From NCBI GenBank assembly GCA_013285405.1, contig CP053446.1:655985-719984 (forward strand): a stretch of DNA of 64,000 nucleotides, in the 5' to 3' direction. The notes beneath the pieces are model-generated. The model was not told the DNA's origin. It searched no databases and saw only the letters and a list, made by a program, of their open reading frames with translations. Of the stretch, positions 51,013 through 57,908 are shown piece after piece; within the stretch, counting starts at the first letter, position 1, and each line of letters opens with the position of its first letter. A program made the position numbers and the translations under genes. This DNA is from Ignavibacteriota bacterium. Its GTDB lineage: Bacteria; Bacteroidota; Ignavibacteria; Ignavibacteriales; Ignavibacteriaceae.

Positions 51013-51651
51013 TATAAGACAATTACATTAATCGAAGATATAGATATATTTTATTTTGTTTATAAAGATAACATGAAAATGGGTATCATCATTAATAAAA
51101 TCAGAATAATTGTTTTAAGATTTTATTATCTTTAATCCATTACAATCGAATAAAAATGACAACCCTCAATATTCATAGCACACGAATAATTGGATTAAAA
51201 CTTTATAGTTCGGTAGCAATTCGTGTAATTTTTACAATTGCTTCAACTTTAATTAATTTGGTAACGCCACACGTAATGAAAACTATTTAACCTTCACAAT
51301 TTTGGATATTAGTCATAACTTAGATTTCAGGTCAGTTGATATACAGATTTTCGATAGATATAGCACCAATTAGGTGTAAAAGCCCTTTCATTTAATTGTA
51401 AATATTTCTGAGAAACATCATTTCATATAATGACTGAGAAGAAAATATCGTGAACATTCGATTTAATCCAAACCTTAACTAAATAATGTATTGGTATGAT
51501 AATTGTTTTTAATTTAGAGCTTTTTTGATTAGTGGTTGAGTCAAATTTACTGAATGTGGAAAAAGATTTTGCATTTCATCTTTAACAATGAACTACAAAT
51601 TTTACTGAATTTGATAATTAAATAATTTTCAAGATTAAATAGAGGACATAG
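51013..51651. other. 640-bp AT-rich non-coding spacer
   Basis: No ORF of 60 aa or more on either strand. Contains the direct repeats AAATTTACTGAAT (51543-51555) and AAATTTTACTGAAT (51597-51610). Confidence 0.6.
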
Positions 51652-52626
51652 ATGCTTAACAGAAAAAAAAATTTGGATAATACCGGTCATACTTTAGTTG
51701 AACCACCGGTAAGAGCAGATGACGGATTAGAAGAAGAACTAGATAGTTTTACGAGAGCAGCGGTAACCAGAATAAGATTTAATACCATAATCAAGCCTGC
51801 AATAATCTCTGCGATTGCATTAGTAATTTCTTTCTTCATTGATGTTGCAAACGTCCCGATTTTAGGTGAAGTGACCTTTGATCTGGCACGTTCATTATTT
51901 CCAGGTTGGCAAGCTCCCATAGAAGCATTTGAGCCATATAGTTTCTGGTGGTTACCAGTAGCCGTTTACGCCCTCTTTATTTTTGTTGCCTATTTAGCAT
52001 ATAACAAACTTAAATTAGAAATTATCCGAACACCTGCCTCAGAAACAATCGACAGGATTATTGAATCTTCAACGAGTGTTGTCGATTCAATCTCTACTGC
52101 ACTTCCTTTGATAGGTGCAGCAATTCTTCTTGTGAGCATCAAGCTTGGTGAAGAAGTGTTTCTTGGTCTTTCAGTACCCTTTGAAATAAAAGCTCTGATT
52201 ATTTTGGCGATGGGAAAATTATTCCAGCCGGTTTTAGATCAGCTTGGTGTGGACTTCCAAAATGTCGTCAACCACGTAAAAGATATCAGAGATAAGTATT
52301 TTTCAAGAATACAGATTGAAAGCTCTAAGAGTCTGATTAAACAGTTTAACCAATCTGGAGTAGGTGGAGCAGCAGTTACAGTACAGGATCTGGAAAAATA
52401 TAAATCACTCGTTACTGAATCTGCACGTTTAAGTGAAATAATGCATAAAAATTTTGCTTCAGTGAGTTCAATGGTGGAAAAGGTAAATTCAATGCAACTT
52501 ATAACTACTGAAAAAATTCAACAGTTGAACACACTTGCAAATTCAATTACACAAGCTTCATCATCACTAACGGATGAAAAAACTCTTATTGGATTAAAGC
52601 ATCTTGAAGCAATTGTAAAAAAGTAA
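51652..52626 (+). CDS. Hypothetical inner-membrane protein with C-terminal coiled-coil
   Basis: 324 aa with 3-4 predicted TM segments (IISAIALVISFFIDV; FWWLPVAVYALFIFVAYLAY; ALPLIGAAILLVSI; ALIILAMGKLF), then about 120 aa of heptad-like sequence. Confidence 0.5.
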   Translation: MLNRKKNLDNTGHTLVEPPVRADDGLEEELDSFTRAAVTRIRFNTIIKPAIISAIALVISFFIDVANVPILGEVTFDLARSLFPGWQAPIEAFEPYSFWWLPVAVYALFIFVAYLAYNKLKLEIIRTPASETIDRIIESSTSVVDSISTALPLIGAAILLVSIKLGEEVFLGLSVPFEIKALIILAMGKLFQPVLDQLGVDFQNVVNHVKDIRDKYFSRIQIESSKSLIKQFNQSGVGGAAVTVQDLEKYKSLVTESARLSEIMHKNFASVSSMVEKVNSMQLITTEKIQQLNTLANSITQASSSLTDEKTLIGLKHLEAIVKK

Positions 52627-52636
52627 AGGTATAAAG

Positions 52637-53584
52637 ATGACCAGACGAGAACGTGATAGTAAATTTGTTATCTACCAGGTACTTTACATTTTTGTAATAA
52701 CGGTACTTGCGCTCAAAGGAGCTGACCTTGATTTGAGAAGAGTTGCTCTTGAAGATGAGACGGTTAAGGTAAGTGTTCGTGATTCTTTGATTTCCGTACT
52801 CGATTCATTATATGCACTTGGCATTGACTTCTCAATTAAAATCGATCCGAATGTAATGGTTGAAAATGAAGAGATGAAAGAACAGATTGCAGCGATGAAC
52901 CGGAAACTTGAAGCTGTTAAGGATTATATCCCTCCTCCAAAGGAAACAGATAAAATAAAAGAAGAACCAAAGGAAGAACAATTAAAAATGCAGCTTCCTA
53001 TTTCACTTAAACAAACATTTATCCAGAACACCTGGAATACTGCAAAGAACAGTGGAACGGTACCTACAACTATTATAGATCCGCGCGACCGGAAAATAAT
53101 TGCGACAATTCCTCCGGGTCAGGAAACTAAATTTGATTTAACCGATCAAACAGAAGTTATCGTGGCATTCGGAAGTCAGGAAGAACGCGTAAAAGTTGGA
53201 CCAAATAAACCACCAGAGATAAAGATTGAGAGAGTGACCACTAAAATGAATGCTCAGGATATTTATGTTCAGGAATTGCAAAGGATAACTGCTTTCAATG
53301 TAACTATTGTTGATAGCCGACCAGATCAATTAAAAGTTAGTTACTCGGGTCCAATTTCCGTTTCTGGTCCTCAGACTGATGCAAATGGTAATAAAGTTTA
53401 CAATGTATCGTTAAAACTTGCAGCAAATGAAAATCAGTATGACGACTGGATCGATAAAAACGAAGGTCTGAGGGAAGCAGATGGAAGATACAAGGCTAAT
53501 TTCTTCTTTACTGTTGTAGATGACAGAACAAAGGACAGGGTTCAGGTTGGTGATTCATTCTTCTTTACAGATTTTGCTAAATAA
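52637..53584 (+). CDS. Hypothetical bitopic membrane protein with a periplasmic beta-rich domain
   Basis: N-terminal TM FVIYQVLYIFVITVLALKG, a short coiled coil, a Pro/Glu/Lys linker and a beta-rich C-terminal half. Confidence 0.5.
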   Translation: MTRRERDSKFVIYQVLYIFVITVLALKGADLDLRRVALEDETVKVSVRDSLISVLDSLYALGIDFSIKIDPNVMVENEEMKEQIAAMNRKLEAVKDYIPPPKETDKIKEEPKEEQLKMQLPISLKQTFIQNTWNTAKNSGTVPTTIIDPRDRKIIATIPPGQETKFDLTDQTEVIVAFGSQEERVKVGPNKPPEIKIERVTTKMNAQDIYVQELQRITAFNVTIVDSRPDQLKVSYSGPISVSGPQTDANGNKVYNVSLKLAANENQYDDWIDKNEGLREADGRYKANFFFTVVDDRTKDRVQVGDSFFFTDFAK

Positions 53585-53601
53585 ATATCAGGTATAACAA
53601 A

Positions 53602-54765
53602 ATGAAATTTCCGAAACTTGTTGTAATAACATTAATCTTAATTGTCTCAACAGCATCGTTCTTATTCTCGCAGGAAGAAGAAGAACAAATAAACTACTTC
53701 CAGATGGAACCGCTTGATGATAGTTTATTCATTCATATCCAGCAAGCCTTATTCATTGATCCACCGGACCCAAAAGCTGAAATTATTGCAGATTTAAGAG
53801 ATGCAAATAATCAGACTATTTCAATCAAAGGATCGCTTTATCCATTTCTTGCTCTGTCGCCGGAAATTAGAGCACGTGTTATCACTTACCCATTCAAAAT
53901 TAATCTTGAAGAAGATATTCATTACGGAAGTGTATTTTCAAGAGTGATCGAAAAAATAAAAATTAATAAAGTTCTTGATCCTCCATCCAAACAACAAATT
54001 TCTTCTACAATGTGGTACATAAATCCATTCTTTGAAATGTTCGGAGGAGAAAGACTTGGAATACCGATTAAGAAAGATATCGGGCTTTCATTTGGTTTGC
54101 TGACCAGGTATGAAGGACCTTTAAATACAAATTTTCTTGAAGCTAATTTTCACATACTTGGAGTTTATGGTGGTGTTTATACTAATGTCGATCCATTAGT
54201 AACATCTTTTAAAGATAATAATCATAATAACCTCATTTTCACAAACGGTTATCAGATTGGCTATGTTTTTCCATTTGGTAACTTTTTTGAAATTAGTTAT
54301 CTCAGTTCTGTTGATGATTTCAGTGAAAGTCAGAAAACATCATTCCTCAATCCGGATAGAGGCGCTACGGTATTTAATAATGACAGCACTATTAGATATC
54401 AAGCATGGCTGGTTGATGATTCTTTCCTCAACTGGGAATTCAGATATCCTGTAAGATTACTTGGCGCTACTAAAGGAAGAGTTTATGCAGCAAGATATTT
54501 GAACGAATGGCATTTTGGATTTGATTTCAGAGAGATGTCACTTGCTGGCAGTACATTTGACTTTTTATTCGATGCGATGACGAGCAGTGAACACAGAAAC
54601 CCCCAATATGTGATGACTCTTACAGTTCAGAAGGTTGCGGAAAGCTGGGCATTCAGTGCGTTTTCATTGGGCCCATCGTTAATACTTTCCAGACTTGAAG
54701 ATGGCAGTTTTGGTGTTTATAAGATTTTCTTGAATATGCGATTTAAGATGGGTTCTTCGTTGTAG
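53602..54765 (+). CDS. Hypothetical exported, beta-barrel-like protein
   Basis: Signal peptide MKFPKLVVITLILIVSTASFLFSQ. C-terminal 250 aa show an alternating aromatic/hydrophobic beta-strand pattern. Confidence 0.45.
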   Translation: MKFPKLVVITLILIVSTASFLFSQEEEEQINYFQMEPLDDSLFIHIQQALFIDPPDPKAEIIADLRDANNQTISIKGSLYPFLALSPEIRARVITYPFKINLEEDIHYGSVFSRVIEKIKINKVLDPPSKQQISSTMWYINPFFEMFGGERLGIPIKKDIGLSFGLLTRYEGPLNTNFLEANFHILGVYGGVYTNVDPLVTSFKDNNHNNLIFTNGYQIGYVFPFGNFFEISYLSSVDDFSESQKTSFLNPDRGATVFNNDSTIRYQAWLVDDSFLNWEFRYPVRLLGATKGRVYAARYLNEWHFGFDFREMSLAGSTFDFLFDAMTSSEHRNPQYVMTLTVQKVAESWAFSAFSLGPSLILSRLEDGSFGVYKIFLNMRFKMGSSL

Positions 54766-54789
54766 AATTTTTCTATACTCCGATTGTTT

Positions 54790-54818
54790 GCCCCGGTTTT
54801 TATTGCCGGGGTTTTTTA
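54790..54818 (+). terminator. Rho-independent terminator
   Basis: GCCCCGG-tttttattg-CCGGGGT followed by TTTTTTATTT, 25 nt after the stop at 54765. Confidence 0.75.
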
Positions 54819-54860
54819 TTTCTACAAATTTAACTGACCATTCTTTGTTAATTTACTATT

Positions 54861-55610
54861 ATGAAAAATCAAATTATTCTTTGGCTGAGCAGTTTTGTAA
54901 TTCTTTTCGTCATTGGATACATAAAAAACATTACAGATAAAGATTATCCTATGACAGGTACATTCGGTATTGAAGGTTATAAAGTTTCTTATAAACTCGA
55001 TAAAGTTTCGTACAATAAATCAACTTACCGGAACATTATCATCAGCGATATTAAAGGTGTAACCGGAAAATTTATTTGGCTTCAGGATGATAAGAAATAC
55101 GAAATGAATATGAACGAAACTGAACGTGGACTGGTTATAGAAATTCCTGTACTAAAAGCGGGTAAGCAGATAAAGTACAAGGTTGTGTTATCTTACAAAA
55201 ATAAAACTTATGAGATACCTGAATCTGGATATGTTACTTTAACTTTTTGGGGCAATATTCCTTCATCTGTTGAAACACTTTATTTTATCCTGCTGTATTG
55301 CGGAATATTAATATCACTTCGGGGAGCGCTGGAATTATTCAATCAGAATAAAAATCTAAAGAAGTATATTATAATAACCTGTTCACTTTTTATATCTCTT
55401 ACAATTATTATTAATCCTCTTTATAATAGTTATAAACTTGGTGCTCTAAACCATTATGTTCCTAAAGTAACTGATTTGCTGGAAACATCAATGTTAATAC
55501 TTTCACTTGTGTGGATAGTGGGTGCAGTTTTAATTTTTAACAGAAAGTTTACCAAAACAATTACTATGCTTATGACTACAGCTACAATAATTATTTTTTT
55601 TCTGCTTTGA
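54861..55610 (+). CDS. Hypothetical membrane protein (249 aa)
   Basis: N-terminal TM, a beta-rich extracytoplasmic segment of about 110 aa, then 4 TM segments. Confidence 0.45.
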   Translation: MKNQIILWLSSFVILFVIGYIKNITDKDYPMTGTFGIEGYKVSYKLDKVSYNKSTYRNIIISDIKGVTGKFIWLQDDKKYEMNMNETERGLVIEIPVLKAGKQIKYKVVLSYKNKTYEIPESGYVTLTFWGNIPSSVETLYFILLYCGILISLRGALELFNQNKNLKKYIIITCSLFISLTIIINPLYNSYKLGALNHYVPKVTDLLETSMLILSLVWIVGAVLIFNRKFTKTITMLMTTATIIIFFLL

Positions 55611-55614
55611 TATA

Positions 55615-56379
55615 TTAATCGTTCAGAATTGAAATTATTTCAGAATGAATTTGGAGCGATGCTGCAACAGCACTCTTCCCTTTTATAGGATCATTTCCCT
55701 GATAATCAGTAATAATTCCTCCAGCACCTTTTATAATTGGAATCAGTGGAAGCAAGTCCCATTGTGCCATAACCGGATCAATCATTATATCAGCATAACC
55801 GGTAGCCAAAAGATAATAACCGTAACAATCTCCCCAATTACGGTAAAGTTTAATTTTTTTTATTAGTTCGTCAAACCTGCTTCTGTCTTGATACTTTTCA
55901 ATATTCAAATGATCTGTTGTAAGTAAGACTGCTTCACTTAAGTTGACACAGTTTCTAACGGTTGTACTAACTCCATTGATCGTTGTTATAGAATTATCCC
56001 CAATTAAAAAATCATTTAGTATTGGATGATTATAAACTCCGAGTATTGGCTGATCATTTTTTAGAAGTCCTATTAAAGTACCAAAACTATATGCACCGCA
56101 AATAAAGCTTTTTGTACCGTCAATCGGGTCGAGAATCCATTTGTAATCAGCATCTTTGTTCGTTTCACCAAATTCTTCGCCAATTATGCCGTGTTCCGGA
56201 AAATATTTTATTATCATTTCCCTCATTGCTTCTTCAGCTTTTTTATCAGCGATAGTTACCGGAGTGTTATCTGCTTTCGATTCGGCTGCGATTCCCGTTC
56301 TGAAATAATGTTTAATAATTCCAGCACTTACAGATGCAAGATCAGAGCAAAATTTTTTTAATTCGTTGAGTTCACTCAT
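55615..56379 (-). CDS. Inositol monophosphatase family protein (IMPase/HisN-like)
   Basis: Motifs IGEEFG, WILDPIDGTKSF and WDLLPLIPIIKGAGG. Confidence 0.85.
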   Translation of the reverse strand: MSELNELKKFCSDLASVSAGIIKHYFRTGIAAESKADNTPVTIADKKAEEAMREMIIKYFPEHGIIGEEFGETNKDADYKWILDPIDGTKSFICGAYSFGTLIGLLKNDQPILGVYNHPILNDFLIGDNSITTINGVSTTVRNCVNLSEAVLLTTDHLNIEKYQDRSRFDELIKKIKLYRNWGDCYGYYLLATGYADIMIDPVMAQWDLLPLIPIIKGAGGIITDYQGNDPIKGKSAVAASLQIHSEIISILND

Positions 56380-56479
56380 AGCGTATTAGATTTTCATTAA
56401 AGATGAATGGAAAATTAACTAAAAATCCTTTGTGCAAAGAGATAACAATAATTATATTTACAGCCCAAAATAAAAAACC

Positions 56480-56557
56480 GAAGAGTTGGCAGAGTCCCCG
56501 CATTTTGCGGGGTAAAGGTTGTTTATCCCGCTTTGCGAGAAATGTGGCGGTCTTAAT
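56480..56557 (+). pseudogene. Degenerate 5-prime half of tRNA-Ser(UGA) with two hairpin insertions (copy 1)
   Basis: GAAGAGTTGGCAGAGT + [CCCCGCATTTTGCGGGGTAAA] + GGTTG + [TTTATCCCGCTTTGCGAGA] + AATGTGGCGGTCTT, colinear with positions 1 to about 34 of the tRNA at 57428. Confidence 0.6.
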
Positions 56558-56872
56558 ATGTTTTACGTTTACATATTGAAAAGCCTAAAAGTTGATCGGT
56601 ATTATATTGGTCAGACTAAGGATTTAGAAAGAAGATTGACAGAGCATAATTCTTGTAAAACTAGATCTACAAAGGCTTATGTTCCTTGGAAAATTGTTTA
56701 TTGTGAAAAATTCCTGACAAAGATTGAGGCTTATCAAAGAGAAATGGAAATTAAAAGTTATAAGTCTGGAATTAAGTTCAAAGAATTATTTAATCGGAGA
56801 GTTGGCAGAGTCCCCGCATTTTGCGGGGTAAAGGTTGTTTATCCCGCTTTGCGGGAAATGTGGCGGTCTTAA
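56558..56872 (+). CDS. GIY-YIG nuclease family protein (small, stand-alone), copy 1
   Basis: MFYVYILKS...RYYIGQTKDLERRLTEHN ... YQREMEIKSYK. The C-terminal 25 aa are read from the next pseudo-tRNA segment. Confidence 0.85.
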   Translation: MFYVYILKSLKVDRYYIGQTKDLERRLTEHNSCKTRSTKAYVPWKIVYCEKFLTKIEAYQREMEIKSYKSGIKFKELFNRRVGRVPAFCGVKVVYPALREMWRS

Positions 56873-56873
56873 T
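56796..56873 (+). pseudogene. Degenerate 5-prime half of tRNA-Ser(UGA), copy 2
   Basis: Same structure as copy 1; starts with GGAGAGTTGGCAGAGT. Confidence 0.6.
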
Positions 56874-57188
56874 ATGTTTTACGTTTACATATTGAAAAGC
56901 CTAAAAGTTGATCGGTATTATATTGGTCATACTAAGGATTTAGAAAGAAGATTGACAGAGCATAATTCTTGTAAAACCAGATCTACAAAAGCTTATGTTC
57001 CTTGGAAAATTGTTTATTGTGAAAAATTCCTGACAAAGATTGAGGCTTATCAAAGAGAAATGGAAATTAAAAGTTATAAGTCTGGAATTAAGTTCAAGGA
57101 ATTATTTAATCGGAGAGTTGGCAGAGTCCCCGCATTTTGCGGGGTAAAGGTTGTTTATCCCGCTTTGCGGGAAATGTGGCGGTCTTAA
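56874..57188 (+). CDS. GIY-YIG nuclease family protein, copy 2
   Basis: One amino-acid difference from copy 1 (Q to H in YYIGHT). Its ATG lies one nt after the stop of copy 1. Confidence 0.85.
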   Translation: MFYVYILKSLKVDRYYIGHTKDLERRLTEHNSCKTRSTKAYVPWKIVYCEKFLTKIEAYQREMEIKSYKSGIKFKELFNRRVGRVPAFCGVKVVYPALREMWRS

Positions 57189-57189
57189 T
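57112..57189 (+). pseudogene. Degenerate 5-prime half of tRNA-Ser(UGA), copy 3
   Basis: Identical to copy 2 by eye. Confidence 0.6.
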
Positions 57190-57474
57190 ATGTTTTACGT
57201 TTACATATTGAAAAGCCTAAAAGTTGATCGGTATTATATTGGTCATACTAAGGATTTAGAAAGAAGATTGACAGAGCATAATTCTTGTAAAACCAGATCT
57301 ACAAAAGCTTATGTTCCTTGGAAAATTGTTTATTGTGAAAAATTCCTGACAAAGATTGAGGCTTATCAAAGAGAAATGGAAATTAAAAGTTATAAGTCTG
57401 GAATTAAGTTCAAGGAATTATTTAATCGGAGAGTTGGCAGAGTGGTTGAATGCGGCGGTCTTGAAAACCGTTAA
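57190..57474 (+). CDS. GIY-YIG nuclease family protein, copy 3 (3-prime end overlaps the intact tRNA-Ser)
   Basis: Same N-terminal 80 aa. The tail RRVGRVVECGGLENR is read from tRNA nt 1-47, with the stop TAA at 57472-57474. Confidence 0.8.
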   Translation: MFYVYILKSLKVDRYYIGHTKDLERRLTEHNSCKTRSTKAYVPWKIVYCEKFLTKIEAYQREMEIKSYKSGIKFKELFNRRVGRVVECGGLENR

Positions 57475-57514
57475 GGATGCAAGTCCTTCCGGGGTTCGAA
57501 TCCCTGACTCTCCG
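57428..57514 (+). tRNA. tRNA-Ser (anticodon UGA), class II with long variable arm
   Basis: Acceptor GGAGAGT/ACTCTCC, anticodon stem-loop GCGGT-CTTGAAA-ACCGT, variable arm TAAGGATGCAAGTCCTTC, T arm CGGGG-TTCGAAT-CCCTG, discriminator G. CCA is not encoded. Confidence 0.9.
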
Positions 57515-57598
57515 CAAATATTTTTTTTGAGATGAAACTATCCGGCTATAAAAGTTTCTAAATTATAGCGGTTCAGTAGAGAAATTAATTTATTGAAT

Positions 57599-57859
57599 CT
57601 ATTTCTTATCCTCCCAACGCATTACCTTTTCCGGATCAAACTGAACTAAGCCAATTGCTCTGCCTTTTTTTCGAATCATAGTTGGTATTGAAAGAAGAGC
57701 TTCATCTGAATTATTTGCTTCGATCATTGCGTATCCGGTATGATCGCCTGATTTGCATCCCCACCAAAAATGGGTCAGATAACCGATAGCTAAAGTTTGT
57801 TTTATTACCGCTGTACATTCCTCGTGAGTGTGCGGTGAGATGATCATAAATTTTTGCAT
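57599..57859 (-). CDS. Hypothetical protein (86 aa)
   Basis: ORF downstream of, and co-oriented with, the kinase/regulator pair. No recognisable motif. Confidence 0.4.
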   Translation of the reverse strand: MQKFMIISPHTHEECTAVIKQTLAIGYLTHFWWGCKSGDHTGYAMIEANNSDEALLSIPTMIRKKGRAIGLVQFDPEKVMRWEDKK

Positions 57860-57908
57860 AGTTTACTCCTGAAATTAAAAATGAACATAAAAAAATATTA
57901 AAAACTGA

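Larger units (their letters stand above)
56480..57443 (+). repeat. Tandem array of three 316-bp units, plus the first 16 nt of a fourth (the start of the intact tRNA-Ser)
   Basis: Units start at 56480, 56796 and 57112. Units 2 and 3 look identical; unit 1 differs by a handful of substitutions. Confidence 0.9.

Noticed and set aside
51156-51290. 44-codon hydrophobic ORF in the AT-rich spacer as a real gene
   Set aside because: It has no Shine-Dalgarno-like sequence and no motif, and its length is within chance expectation for AT-rich DNA. It is mentioned only inside the spacer finding.
56519-57188. Longer versions of the GIY-YIG ORFs in the track (starts 56519, 56835, 57151; N-terminus MFIPLCEKCGGLN...)
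   Set aside because: These starts are non-ATG codons inside the pseudo-tRNA segment. The conserved GIY-YIG N-terminus (MFYVYILKS) begins at the internal ATG 39 nt downstream, so the shorter models were used.
56480-57514. Group I intron or a CRISPR-like array as explanations for the 316-bp repeats
   Set aside because: After subtracting the ORF, only about 75 nt remain per unit, too little for a group I core. No tRNA 3-prime half follows each unit. There are no short repeat/unique-spacer alternations, so it is not a CRISPR array. No integrase or transposase lies nearby, so a classical tRNA-targeting genomic island is unlikely.
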